A stretch of DNA of 64,000 nucleotides from Candidatus Saccharimonadota bacterium (GCA_029260875.1 JAJDCL010000008.1:2546-66545), one strand, 5' to 3'; counted from the first letter of the stretch, positions 39,200-48,780 are shown. Made by a program: numbers and translations. Notes: generated by a model from the sequence alone, not told the origin.

Positions 39200-39330
39200 T
39201 GACTCTTAGTATATCCGTTCCGCTCATGGTTGTATAGACGCTTAGCGTTATCGGTTGCGACCAATACACTACTAGCACTCTGCGCGTGCTTCAACGCCAG
39301 CCGGGTAAAACAAAGATTCTTACTATTTAT

Positions 39331-40296
39331 CTAAGCCAAGATGTGATGTGCAGCCATGGCAATATGTTTTGCTGTCAGGGCAAAGTGCTCTAGCAGCTCT
39401 TCAGGCTTACCGGATTCTCCGAAGCGGTCGCGTACACCTAAGCGCTTCATCTTGACCGGAAACTCTTCGCCAAGTAGTTCGGCTACCGCGCCACCAAGCC
39501 CGCCATTGATCTGAGCCTCTTCAACCGTAATGACTACTTTGGTCTTGTGAACACTTTGCAGGATAGTTACGGCATCAAGCGGTTTTATGGTAGGCACATG
39601 CACAACTTCCGCATCAATACCGTCCTTAAACAGCATTTCTGCAGCAGCTAATGCCTGATACGTCATCGTACCGGTTGAAATTATTGTTATGTCCATTCCG
39701 TGCGAATACACATACGCCTTACCAATTTCAAAAGGTGTTTGCTCAGTGGTGATTATTGGCGATGCTTCTCTTGCCAGGCGCAAATAACCGGGCCTTTTGT
39801 CTTTTGCTAGTGCTAGCGTGGCTTTTTCCGCCTCTATACTGTCGCCAGGTACGACGACGACCATGTTTGGCAGTACGCGCATTAACGCTATATCTTCAAG
39901 CATCTGGTGCGTTGCACCATCCGGACCTACGGATACACCGGCATGAGAACCCACTATCTTTACCGGCTGGTCGTTCAGACAAATCGTCGTACGAATCTGC
40001 TCCCAGTTCCGTCCCGGGCTAAACGCTGCATAGCTGCTGACAAATGGGATTTTGCCCATGGCCGCCATCCCCGAACCGACCGTTACCAGGTTTTGCTCTG
40101 CAACCCCAATTTCTATGAAACGATCCGGAAAAGCTTCTTTAAACAAATGCATCTGCGTAGATTCCGTCAAATCCGCACAGGCCGCGGCAACATTTTCATC
40201 CAGCTCACCCGCCTTCTTAAGCCCGCGCCCAAACCCCTTTCGGATAGGTTCTTGCTGCAACTCACTCTTTAAATCTATAAGATGCAAATCAGCCAT
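39331..40296 (-). CDS. transketolase, C-terminal subunit (pyrimidine-binding + C-terminal domains)
   Basis: 321 aa. GVAEQNLV and SHAGVSVGPDGATHQ motifs. Confidence 0.9.
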   Translation of the reverse strand: MADLHLIDLKSELQQEPIRKGFGRGLKKAGELDENVAAACADLTESTQMHLFKEAFPDRFIEIGVAEQNLVTVGSGMAAMGKIPFVSSYAAFSPGRNWEQIRTTICLNDQPVKIVGSHAGVSVGPDGATHQMLEDIALMRVLPNMVVVVPGDSIEAEKATLALAKDKRPGYLRLAREASPIITTEQTPFEIGKAYVYSHGMDITIISTGTMTYQALAAAEMLFKDGIDAEVVHVPTIKPLDAVTILQSVHKTKVVITVEEAQINGGLGGAVAELLGEEFPVKMKRLGVRDRFGESGKPEELLEHFALTAKHIAMAAHHILA

Positions 40297-40438
40297 TAAA
40301 GTATCCTTGCCAAATATATAAAACTATCAACCCCATTCCTATTAAAAAGGTTATTAAAATGATAAGTGAAACGCGAATTATTTTCCCAGAAATTGTTTTA
40401 GCATAAATTTTATTATTTGAACTATTTATATTATTCAT
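40289..40438 (-). CDS. unlisted 49-aa single-TM small ORF bridging the two transketolase genes
   Basis: Hand-translated codon by codon: MNNINSSNNKIYAKTISGKIIRVSLIILITFLIGMGLIVLYIWQGYFNG. Its ATG (40438-40436) lies inside the last codons of the N-terminal tkt gene. Its TGA (40291-40289) overlaps the start of the C-terminal tkt gene. Confidence 0.45.
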   Translation of the reverse strand: MNNINSSNNKIYAKTISGKIIRVSLIILITFLIGMGLIVLYIWQGYFNG

Positions 40439-41288
40439 GTTCGCTCCGAATCTTGCCCCTTAATGTTCGCAATTCTTTCAAAGCCTCCACAGCCTGCTCA
40501 TGGTTTGGAGGTGCGCCATGCCAGTGAAAATCATATTCCATAAAATCTACGCCTTTGCCCGGAATCGTATGCGCAATAATCATTACCGGCTTTTCGACAA
40601 TTGCACGCCCCATAGCGCAGGCATCAATCACCGCCTCCATATTATTGCCATCAATCTCAATAACATGCCAGCCAAAGGCCTCCCATTTATCCTTCAAGTC
40701 TTCCAGTGGCATAACCGACTCTGTCGGCCCATCAATCTGAATGTTATTACGGTCAGTTATGGCGATTATATTATTCAGCTTGTACTTACTAGCCAACATC
40801 GCAGCTTCCCAAACATTCCCTTCGTCCTGCTCGCCATCGCCCATAACTACATAGACCCAACGGTGGTGGTCCTTATTCATCCTCATGGCCAGAGTCATTC
40901 CACAGGCCTGACTCAGGCCGCTCCCTAGGGGGCCGCTAGTATTCTCCATCCCTGGTAATTTTGTGCGCTCGGGATGACCTTGCAAGCGTGAGCCAAATTG
41001 TCGAAGCGTCATTAGCTCTTTTTTATCAAAATACCCGGCGTGCGCCATCGTTGCATAACGAACCGGCACACAATGGCCATTGCTGAGTAGCAAAATATCG
41101 CGTTGTTCCCAGTCAGGATTTTTTGGATTATGTTTTAATACATCAAAATAAAGCGCTGTGAAAATATCAGCCAACCCCAGCGGCCCAGCGCTATGCCCAC
41201 TCCCCGCATGCTCCAGCATCCGGATAATATCCTGCCGTATCTCGACCGCCTTTAGCTCTAGTTCCTCAAGTGTTAATTTTTGCGTCAT
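40431..41288 (-). CDS. transketolase, N-terminal subunit (TPP-binding)
   Basis: 285 aa. GSGHSAGPLG, LSNGH and GDGEQDEGNVWEA motifs. Confidence 0.9.
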   Translation of the reverse strand: MTQKLTLEELELKAVEIRQDIIRMLEHAGSGHSAGPLGLADIFTALYFDVLKHNPKNPDWEQRDILLLSNGHCVPVRYATMAHAGYFDKKELMTLRQFGSRLQGHPERTKLPGMENTSGPLGSGLSQACGMTLAMRMNKDHHRWVYVVMGDGEQDEGNVWEAAMLASKYKLNNIIAITDRNNIQIDGPTESVMPLEDLKDKWEAFGWHVIEIDGNNMEAVIDACAMGRAIVEKPVMIIAHTIPGKGVDFMEYDFHWHGAPPNHEQAVEALKELRTLRGKIRSEHE

Positions 41289-41310
41289 CTTGCTTATGAA
41301 TTATAACAGG

Positions 41311-42111
41311 CTAAGGGCGTGAGATAAAATCTGCACACACTCCATGTTTAATGATAACGCGGGCACAGTGCTGAGATGTTAACTTAAACTGTGCCTCCGC
41401 GTAACGTACCGCCCGTTCACTTAAACCTAAGTCTGGCCTTAGTAAGCCCTTTTCTAGGATAGGCACAAGTTGAATATATTTATGGGCCCATTTCATAAAT
41501 TGTTCAGGCGTTGCTTTTCGCGACCAAAATATTCCCGTGCCATTATCAAAAAAATCGGCAAACTTACCAATAACTGATCTATTAGGCCCATGCGTCACAA
41601 GCTCTTGGCCATGTTCAAGATAGAGGGCCAGACTTGTCTTGCCCGGCTGGGGCAGAGGGTTGGTCATCCATTTCACACCTTCCGCTACCTCGGGAGCAAA
41701 GTTGGTTGCAATTCTACCAAAAGCGCGAGTTCGGGCTTCGGCTTCTTCGGTATTTTTACGCACATTCGCAAGTTTATGGGGGTGATCTTCTGGCGCATCA
41801 TGCAGCATCATAATAGCCGGCATGAACGGATCTTTGTAGTCTAAATGGTTGAGTGAAAGAACTCTGATGGCTCCGCGGAGCAGGTGGTTCTCGACTGGTT
41901 CATGTGAGCGGCGGTCAGCACGGTGCAGCCTGGACCCTATTGAATGAGCTCGGCCAGCCATTTCGATTATTTCTGTGTCATCAAATGCCCGCATTACTTC
42001 GTGAGCGTATCGGACTCTTAGACCTTCTGTCCCTAATTCTTGGGTAACAACAGAAATAGGAAGATCTAATATGGCCTCGGAGCCTTTAGCGACGTATTTC
42101 TGTATATTCAT
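41311..42111 (-). CDS. HD-domain metal-dependent phosphohydrolase (SpoT/Mesh1-like HD, tentative)
   Basis: 266 aa. H...HD signature NHLLRGAIRV ... MMLHDAPEDHP resembles the RelA/SpoT hydrolase HD motif. Confidence 0.45.
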   Translation of the reverse strand: MNIQKYVAKGSEAILDLPISVVTQELGTEGLRVRYAHEVMRAFDDTEIIEMAGRAHSIGSRLHRADRRSHEPVENHLLRGAIRVLSLNHLDYKDPFMPAIMMLHDAPEDHPHKLANVRKNTEEAEARTRAFGRIATNFAPEVAEGVKWMTNPLPQPGKTSLALYLEHGQELVTHGPNRSVIGKFADFFDNGTGIFWSRKATPEQFMKWAHKYIQLVPILEKGLLRPDLGLSERAVRYAEAQFKLTSQHCARVIIKHGVCADFISRP

Positions 42112-42146
42112 ACTTCAATATAACACTGGTATTTGGTTTATAGAAC

Positions 42147-42779
42147 CTATAACAAATTGTGCAGTTTCTCATAAGCTGTCTTGGGATTTTCTGCCCGCTG
42201 AATAGCGCTCCCGACATTTAAGACATCGATGCCGCTATGTACCAGGTGCGCTACATTATGCTTATTTATGCCGCCATCCCAGCCTACTTCAAGTCCGGGC
42301 TTCAGTCTTTTTAGTTCCACAGCTTTTTTTAGTAGCGCTAGGTTGGCTTTCCCGCCGAAATGTCCCAAATCTCCGGAAAATATTAAAACATGATCAATGT
42401 CTTTTAAAGCTGCTGCAATACGTTTTACCGGTGTTTGGGGCAAGAGCGCGACCCCAACCTTAATGTTCAAATAGTGAAGTTGATCGGCTAATTTTACAAA
42501 GTCTCCATGGCCTTCAGCGTGGATAATTACTAATGACGGCTTAATATGCTTAATTTCGTTCATGTAAAGATCAGGACGCATGTACATAAGATGGAGATCA
42601 CAGCTAATACCGTGCTCATGGGGAAGCCACACCTTGCTTAATTCAATGGACTTGTTTGTAGTAAACAGCCCATCCATAAAATCCAGATGAATACGCTTGG
42701 CAAAAGGCGTCAAGCGCTCTACTTGCTCGCGATATTCATGAGGGTTAGAAGCCGTAACAGTCGGACAGATAATAGCCAT
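42147..42779 (-). CDS. rpe: ribulose-phosphate 3-epimerase family protein
   Basis: 210 aa. TIM-barrel motifs HLDFMDG, a second His pair (CDLHLM) and a C-terminal GG..N...L..GID.L.VGSAI phosphate-binding region. Confidence 0.7.
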   Translation of the reverse strand: MAIICPTVTASNPHEYREQVERLTPFAKRIHLDFMDGLFTTNKSIELSKVWLPHEHGISCDLHLMYMRPDLYMNEIKHIKPSLVIIHAEGHGDFVKLADQLHYLNIKVGVALLPQTPVKRIAAALKDIDHVLIFSGDLGHFGGKANLALLKKAVELKRLKPGLEVGWDGGINKHNVAHLVHSGIDVLNVGSAIQRAENPKTAYEKLHNLL

Positions 42780-42800
42780 GTCTAAATTATAGCTTAAGCG

Positions 42801-43694
42801 TTACTGGTTGGTAGCAGAAAGTGGATTAAATATTGCTTGCGTCAAAGCGACGAGGCGGCGAGTGCCGGCATTTCTTGAAAGCAGCGTTACAGCGACCTCA
42901 CGGCCGTTTTCCAGTTTAACGATGCCGACGTCGTGATATTCGACCAGGCCGTTGAAGCCAACCTTGTCGTACACTGTCAGATCGGGCAAAGCCACTGGTA
43001 TTACATCACGATAGATATTGTTTTTTAGAGATTCCAAATATAAATTTGTATGTGCTTCATTCAAATCCTTGCGCGCATACAGTCGAGCCAGAATTATATT
43101 CACATCGTGGGCTGTGGTGGTCAGCCCGACCATTGAAGTTCCTGACAGCTTAAATTGATCTCCGAGACGCTCAGTTGACTCTTCTTTTCCTTGCTCAACC
43201 CACATTTTTTCAGCGCAAGGACTATGGGATTCGCGAATCATTTTATCCAGACATTCCTTACGACTCCAGCCACCAAGAAAGGGATCATCAAGTGTATGTC
43301 TGCCGTTTTGAATATCAAGATAGCCCAGATAAGCCACATATAGCTTGTATATACTAGCTGCAAAATAAGGCTCGTCGGTATTATGTGCGGCCAGTTCCGT
43401 CTCAGTTGCCAGGTCGGTTACTACAACGCTATAAGTACCTGAATTTGCCTGTGTGTAGGTGTCTACCACGCTTTGAACGTTGGGTAGCGACGCCTTTGTG
43501 GCCGGTAGTGTGGCTGAGTCTTCAGCACTAGAGTGGCTTTGTTTTGTAGGTGCCAAAGCCGGCTCTCTACGAACATAAAAAACTATTAATCCTATGATTA
43601 TAAAGAGTATTAACACGACCAATATTCTGCCTGACGGTTTTTTGCGTTGGGAGCGATGCTTATATTTTTGGGGCCTATAACTGTAAACGTTCAT
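42801..43694 (-). CDS. membrane-anchored serine hydrolase (class A beta-lactamase-like fold)
   Basis: 297 aa. N-terminal TM, SxxK motif (AASIYKLY) and a KxG-type motif (DKVGF). Confidence 0.55.
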   Translation of the reverse strand: MNVYSYRPQKYKHRSQRKKPSGRILVVLILFIIIGLIVFYVRREPALAPTKQSHSSAEDSATLPATKASLPNVQSVVDTYTQANSGTYSVVVTDLATETELAAHNTDEPYFAASIYKLYVAYLGYLDIQNGRHTLDDPFLGGWSRKECLDKMIRESHSPCAEKMWVEQGKEESTERLGDQFKLSGTSMVGLTTTAHDVNIILARLYARKDLNEAHTNLYLESLKNNIYRDVIPVALPDLTVYDKVGFNGLVEYHDVGIVKLENGREVAVTLLSRNAGTRRLVALTQAIFNPLSATNQ

Positions 43695-43700
43695 AATAAG

Positions 43701-44147
43701 TTAGTTTAGCTCATCTAAAGCACGGATGCGACGAATAAAGCGAGGGGCCTTAGCAAATGGCGTCCTTAACCATGTTTCAATTATTTGGTTAGCTTCGCCT
43801 TCTTTGAGTACTCTAGCCGGTAAACAAGCAACGTTTGTATCGTCGTCGTTACGTGAAGAACGCGCAGATTCTTTATCATAAAGCAGCGCGGCTCTTATAC
43901 CTTTGAAACGATTAGCTGCTATACACATTCCTTGACCGCTGCCACAAAGCAGTATCCCACGCGGATCCGCATCATCACTAGCTAGTATGTCTGTAACTAC
44001 ACGCTGGGCAAAAATCGGGAAATCGTCCTGAGGGTCCAATTGCCCACCACCTACATCTACCACTTCATAGCCACACTTTTTTAAGTGCTTAATCAGCTCT
44101 TCGTGCATATGGAAGCCATTATGATCAGTGCCAACATAAATTTTCAT
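43701..44147 (-). CDS. rpiB: ribose-5-phosphate isomerase B
   Basis: 148 aa. GTDHNGF and LLCGSGQGMCIAANRFKGIRAA motifs. Confidence 0.92.
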   Translation of the reverse strand: MKIYVGTDHNGFHMHEELIKHLKKCGYEVVDVGGGQLDPQDDFPIFAQRVVTDILASDDADPRGILLCGSGQGMCIAANRFKGIRAALLYDKESARSSRNDDDTNVACLPARVLKEGEANQIIETWLRTPFAKAPRFIRRIRALDELN

Positions 44148-44159
44148 ACTAGCTCATTT

Positions 44160-45200
44160 CTAATCGTGATGTTCTGAATGATCTTCTTTTCTGTGGAGCA
44201 TCGCACCAGTGTCGGCTACAACTTCTACCAATCTGTTCGAGTAGCCCCACTCGTTGTCGTACCATGCCACAACTTTAAGCATATCGCCACCAACCACAGC
44301 TGTAAGTTTTAGGTCCACAATCGCCGAATGGCTGTTACCAATAAAGTCTGATGACACTAGCTCTTCCTCTGTTACATCCAGAATGCCCTGATAATATGGC
44401 TCCTTTGCTGCCTTTTTAAAGGCGTCGTTTACCGCCTCAACTGTGACAGGTTTCTTAGTAATTATTACGAAATCACTGAGCGACACAACAGGAGTGGGCA
44501 CGCGGACAGACATCCCACCAAAGATTCCCTGGAGTGCTGGTAGGGCTTGTCCGGCAGCGATTGAGGCACCAGTTGTTGTTGGCACAATATTTTCAGCTGC
44601 ATTGCGTGCTTCGCGGAGATCTTTGGCCGGTGCATCTTGAAGTTTCTGGCTTGCAGTATAACTATGAATTGTGGTCATCATAGCCTTCTCTATACCGAAG
44701 GCGTTTTCAATAACCGCAGCCACGGGAGTAATGCAGTTTGTAGTACAGGATGCGTTGCTAACAACATCTTCTGCGCCTTCCAGCTGGTCTTCATTCACGC
44801 CCAGTACAATCGTGGTTGCGCCCTCGCCTTTTGCCGGTGCAGAGATAACTACTTTCTTGGCGCCAGCGTCAATGTGAGCGCGGGCAAGTTCTGGCTTCAC
44901 AAAGAAGCCGGTTGATTCAATAACGACATCTATTTTATGTTCAGCCCAAGGCAGGGCTGCGGGGTCTTTCTCGGCCAATACGATTACGTGCTTACCATCC
45001 ACAATAATGCCAGTATCGTCATAGCCCACCTCGTGCTCATAAGTGCCGTAATTGCTATCATACTTCAGAAGATGGGCTAGCGTTTTGGTATCAGTTAGAT
45101 CATTGATGGCGGCAATTTGCATATCTGCACGCTCAAACGCCACCTTAAATGCATTTCGCCCGATGCGTCCAAACCCATTAATCGCTACTCGTGTCTTCAT
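44160..45200 (-). CDS. gap: type I glyceraldehyde-3-phosphate dehydrogenase
   Basis: 346 aa. INGFGRIGR NAD loop, catalytic SNASCTTNC and WYDNEWGYS. Confidence 0.95.
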   Translation of the reverse strand: MKTRVAINGFGRIGRNAFKVAFERADMQIAAINDLTDTKTLAHLLKYDSNYGTYEHEVGYDDTGIIVDGKHVIVLAEKDPAALPWAEHKIDVVIESTGFFVKPELARAHIDAGAKKVVISAPAKGEGATTIVLGVNEDQLEGAEDVVSNASCTTNCITPVAAVIENAFGIEKAMMTTIHSYTASQKLQDAPAKDLREARNAAENIVPTTTGASIAAGQALPALQGIFGGMSVRVPTPVVSLSDFVIITKKPVTVEAVNDAFKKAAKEPYYQGILDVTEEELVSSDFIGNSHSAIVDLKLTAVVGGDMLKVVAWYDNEWGYSNRLVEVVADTGAMLHRKEDHSEHHD

Positions 45201-45250
45201 TCTAACCCCACATTTATATAAACATTAACGCTATTGTATAGGGAGATATG

Positions 45251-45700
45251 CTATTGAGGCAACTGTTGTTTTATCTTAGGGATCACAGAAAGGAGGAACT
45301 CCCTATCCTTTCTATGCGTCAGGATGTCTGCCGCCTCATCAATTGGCAGCCATCGCGCTTCTGGGTTATCGGGATCTTCCGGCAACAGCTCGTTTTGATT
45401 CGTCCTAAATAAGAATAACGTGATTAGTTTAGATGTATTTTTATCTTCTGTTTTATCAAGACCGATACGATAACGTTTGTATGTCCCCAACGCTTCTATG
45501 AGCTCAAGATCAGTAATGCCAGTCTCTTCCTTAATTTCTCTAACCGCAGCGACAAAGGCTGTTTCACCAGACTCCAGGTGACCTTTAGGCAAAGACCAAG
45601 AATTCCCGTGCTGATTCACAACCACAATTTTTCCGTCGGGCCCTATCACTACCCCTCCGGCCGTAACAGACTCAACCAACTTATCGACCATCGGATACAC
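45251..45700 (-). CDS. NUDIX hydrolase
   Basis: 149 aa. Nudix box GHLESGETAFVAAVREIKEETGI. The start may instead be the ATG at 45691. Confidence 0.88.
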   Translation of the reverse strand: MYPMVDKLVESVTAGGVVIGPDGKIVVVNQHGNSWSLPKGHLESGETAFVAAVREIKEETGITDLELIEALGTYKRYRIGLDKTEDKNTSKLITLFLFRTNQNELLPEDPDNPEARWLPIDEAADILTHRKDREFLLSVIPKIKQQLPQ

Positions 45701-46211
45701 GAGCTATTGAGTCTTGTATAACTTTGACGGCATCTTCGGGGCCACCCCATCCATTAAAACTCACGGGTGTGCCCTGCCAATTTTTTTTCCAGGCTTTGTA
45801 CTGCTTGTAAAAATGCTCAACCATAGGCTTAAAATTCTCACCCAGCTGATCAACGTGAGTTATGTGGGCCTTTGTTACATCGTCAGAGGCTACACATATT
45901 AACTTTTCATCACCCTCGCCATCATCAATCATTCTAAGCACTCCGATAGGTCTGGCTGGGACAACTACTCCCTGAGGAACTGATTCGTCAATAATAAGCA
46001 TTGCATCTAGGGGGTCCCCGTCGTCACAAAGCGTATCAGGGATATATCCATAATCAGCCGGGTAACCTAGGCTTGCTGTTCCGTTAACACGGTCCAAAAA
46101 TATTCGACCTGTTTTTTTATCAACTTCATACTTATTAACATTGCCTTTTCTAATCTCAATAACTACATTCACAATATTCGGGGCTTCATCGCCATAGCTT
46201 AGGTCTAGCAT
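45681..46211 (-). CDS. ppa: family I inorganic pyrophosphatase
   Basis: Start re-set to ATG 46211 (MLDLSYGDEAP...), which is preceded by AAGGAG. 176 aa with DGDPLDAML and VNKYEVDK motifs. The listed 230-aa form would read through the divergent promoter. Confidence 0.9.
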   Translation of the reverse strand: MLDLSYGDEAPNIVNVVIEIRKGNVNKYEVDKKTGRIFLDRVNGTASLGYPADYGYIPDTLCDDGDPLDAMLIIDESVPQGVVVPARPIGVLRMIDDGEGDEKLICVASDDVTKAHITHVDQLGENFKPMVEHFYKQYKAWKKNWQGTPVSFNGWGGPEDAVKVIQDSIARVSDGR

Positions 46212-46254
46212 CGTGTTCTCCTTATTTTCTCTAATATTGTACACTAGATGTAAG

Positions 46255-46968
46255 ATGAAAATAATTGGGCACCGCGGTGCCGCTGGCTTAAGGTTGGAAA
46301 ACACCATTACATCGCTTAAAAAAGCTTTGGAGATTGGTGTTGACGCAGTTGAATTTGACGTCCGTCTTACCAAAGACGGCCAGCCTGTATTAAGTCACGA
46401 CGATAAGCTTGCCCGTATTGGTGGCGGCAAATACAGAATCGCCAGCTCGACCTACGCCGAGCTTAAAGAAGTAAAGCTTAACGATGGCGAATCAATAGCT
46501 CACCTGAAAGACGCCCTTCGGGTTATTGGTGCTACCGAAGCAATTGTAGAGGTCAAGGTTGAAGGAGGTGTTAAGGTTGTACTTGAAACGCTTCAAGATT
46601 TTCCAAGCGCAAATGTTATTATTGCCTCACCTGTATATTCCGAAATAAAGGTTCTAAAGCGATTGCGCCCGGAAATACAGGGGTTTATCAGGGTAGTAGT
46701 TAATCCGTTCGAGGCCATTACCTATGCCCGCGCTTATGGCGCTGACGGCATTGATATAAATTTCTGGATCATGAACCCATTGACCTATTGGCTGGCGCAG
46801 AGGCTCAATCTAACTATCATGGTCTACACTGTGAACCATCATTTTTTTGCACGATTCTTGAGGACACTTTACCCAGGCGCGTGGATATGCACCAACTACC
46901 CCAACAAGTTTATTAAACGTAAGCGCAGGGTCGCTAAAGGTAGCGTTCTATCTAGGCACGCTAAATAA
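46255..46968 (+). CDS. glycerophosphodiester phosphodiesterase family protein
   Basis: Start re-set to ATG 46255 (MKIIGHRGAAG...ENT...EFDVRLTKDG.PVLSHDD), a GDPD catalytic signature. Confidence 0.85.
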   Translation: MKIIGHRGAAGLRLENTITSLKKALEIGVDAVEFDVRLTKDGQPVLSHDDKLARIGGGKYRIASSTYAELKEVKLNDGESIAHLKDALRVIGATEAIVEVKVEGGVKVVLETLQDFPSANVIIASPVYSEIKVLKRLRPEIQGFIRVVVNPFEAITYARAYGADGIDINFWIMNPLTYWLAQRLNLTIMVYTVNHHFFARFLRTLYPGAWICTNYPNKFIKRKRRVAKGSVLSRHAK

Positions 46969-47176
46969 GATCTTACTAACCACCACGAATATAGTGCATA
47001 AACAGGTTTGACTAAGATCATCAACACGTGTGCGCGGTTGTTAATCACTGGTGGCTTATATTTCTGTCCTAAGCGCCCTGCGTTAAGAGTTATCCCCTGC
47101 GTTCGTCAAATGATTAGCAACAGCTACGCCGATTAGTACAATTAGCCAAGATTGCTTTTCTCGCACTCCGGGCTCT

Positions 47177-47626
47177 CTACTTACGTTTTAGTGTTACACC
47201 AATCGTAACAGACTCAGTTTCACATGGGATTATATGCTCTAGCATGCTTACGTATGCCCGACGCCTCTCCCCAGGGAATAAGTCGCCTAGCCCAACTTCT
47301 AATGTGCTGTTGGCTTTCCTTAGCGCCTCCTCCCCTTTTGGGGTTAACAAAGCGTGACGACTGCGCCTGTCGCGACGCTGCGTTCTAAGTTTAATCAACC
47401 GTAATTTACTAAGACTATGTAGCAAGGCGGTAACTTGTGGCAAAGTAATGCCCATGTGTTCAGCTATGTTGCCCATGCTGAGCCCTTCTTTTGGGCCACC
47501 AGCTATAATGCCAAGCGAAAGCCACTGCATCATCGTAAGTTCTACAGGTTGAAGTTTTTCCGCTACAACAGCACGAAGAGCCCGGTCGGCACGAGAGTGT
47601 AATAGGCAAAGCTCATAAATTGTCAT
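47177..47626 (-). CDS. MarR-family transcriptional regulator
   Basis: 149 aa. Winged-helix region LSMGNIAEHMGITLPQVTALLHSLSKLRLIKLRTQRRDRR. AAGGAGG Shine-Dalgarno upstream. Confidence 0.85.
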   Translation of the reverse strand: MTIYELCLLHSRADRALRAVVAEKLQPVELTMMQWLSLGIIAGGPKEGLSMGNIAEHMGITLPQVTALLHSLSKLRLIKLRTQRRDRRSRHALLTPKGEEALRKANSTLEVGLGDLFPGERRRAYVSMLEHIIPCETESVTIGVTLKRK

Positions 47627-47707
47627 GTATTACATCCCTCCTTAGACTTATATATAGCATAACCATAGCAGTTTATTTTTGTATATGAAATATCTTGCTT
47701 ATAATGC

Positions 47708-48649
47708 TTACGCGTGCGGTTCCAGATACTTACGAATCATAAGCGCTGCAGTGGCGCCTTCACCGGTTGCGCTGGCGATTTGCATTGTTGCCCCCGACCG
47801 TACATCACCTGCGGCAAATACGCCAGACATACTGGTTTCTAAACTCTCGTTTGTCTTTATCATACCGATGTCGTCTAGGTCTATGTCAGAGCCCTTTAAA
47901 AAACCAGTGTTTGGCAACAAACCGATAAAAACAAAAACCCCGTCAACTGCAAAGCTCAACTCTTTCTTGCTTTTGCTATTATGTCCTTGTACTTCTGTTA
48001 CTTTGCCCTCTTTGCCAATAATCCTTTCCGTGGATGTATTAAAGTGCACAGTCACTTTATCAGAGTGTTTCTTCAGCTCCTGCTGCAATATCTCAGAAGC
48101 TCTAAACGAATCACCGCGCACCAGCAAATCAATATGGCTCGCAAACTTTGTTAAGAATATTGATTCCTGCACCGCGGAGTTACCACCACCAACAACGACT
48201 ATTTTCTTGTCACGATAAAAAGCGCCGTCGCAAGTTGCACAGTAGTGTACGCCTCGGGCATAGTATTCTTCTTCCCCTGGAATCCCCAGTTTTTTATAAT
48301 CACTACCGGTAGCTATAAGCACTGTCTTTGCCCTAACCAATCCGTCTGTCGTTTCTATCTCCTTAAGATTGCCTGTATTTGTAATTTTTTGAACTTCGCC
48401 GAGCCTTATATCAGCGCCAAACCGTTCGGCTTGTTTTTGTAATTTATCCGCTAGCTCAAGGCCCGCTAGACCATCAGGGAACCCAGGATAGTTGTCTACC
48501 CAGTCAGTAATCGCCGCCAACCCACCGATTACACCCTTCTCATATAACACCGTGTCTATGTCCTCGCGCGTCGTATAAAGCGCCGCAGCCAACGCTGCTG
48601 GCCCTGCTCCTACCATTACTACATCATGTAACTCTGTTGAATCATTCAT
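47708..48649 (-). CDS. trxB: thioredoxin-disulfide reductase
   Basis: 313 aa. GAGPAALAAALY FAD loop, redox-active CATCDG and GGGNSAVQE NADPH loop. Confidence 0.93.
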   Translation of the reverse strand: MNDSTELHDVVMVGAGPAALAAALYTTREDIDTVLYEKGVIGGLAAITDWVDNYPGFPDGLAGLELADKLQKQAERFGADIRLGEVQKITNTGNLKEIETTDGLVRAKTVLIATGSDYKKLGIPGEEEYYARGVHYCATCDGAFYRDKKIVVVGGGNSAVQESIFLTKFASHIDLLVRGDSFRASEILQQELKKHSDKVTVHFNTSTERIIGKEGKVTEVQGHNSKSKKELSFAVDGVFVFIGLLPNTGFLKGSDIDLDDIGMIKTNESLETSMSGVFAAGDVRSGATMQIASATGEGATAALMIRKYLEPHA

Positions 48650-48780
48650 AATTTTTAATTACCGATTATCGTTTTTCTCAACACCAAACTCTCAGTGAAG
48701 CAAACTTCCTTACCGCGAGCCGTAAAAAATAACCTGCTGATATTTGATTGTAGATTGAAAGCTGAAAAATTGAAAATCAA

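Noticed and set aside
39272-39290. CTAGCACTC, resembling one CIRCE half-site, upstream of fba.
   Set aside because: No matching GAGTGCTAA arm lies 9 nt away on the same axis. Only a short AGCAC-N7-GTGCT hairpin is present, so it is not a CIRCE element.
46212-46373. N-terminal 54-codon extension of the pyrophosphatase ORF (listed as 45681..46373), and the GTG-46213 extension of the GDPD ORF.
   Set aside because: The two extensions would overlap each other across the divergent promoter. The internal ATGs (46211 preceded by AAGGAG, and 46255) give proteins starting at the conserved N-termini.
47083-47166. 27-codon GTG-initiated hydrophobic ORF (MREKQSWLIVLIGVAVANHLTNAGDNS) in the 209-bp gap downstream of marR.
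   Set aside because: No RBS or promoter, a non-ATG start overlapping the marR 3' end, and it is very short. Not supportable without conservation data.
47679-48218. 179-aa plus-strand ORF opposite trxB. Similar cases are 51711..52169 opposite pheT and 20139..20576 opposite the malic enzyme gene.
   Set aside because: They lie entirely within well-supported genes on the other strand, have no recognisable domains, and show typical shadow-frame composition.
48744-48780. Repeated ATTGAAA / GATTG motifs bounded by TTGATT...AATCAA between the glutaredoxin-like gene and trxB.
   Set aside because: Only the outer 6 bp are truly symmetric and the inner repeats are AT-rich and short. This could easily arise by chance in an AT-rich spacer.
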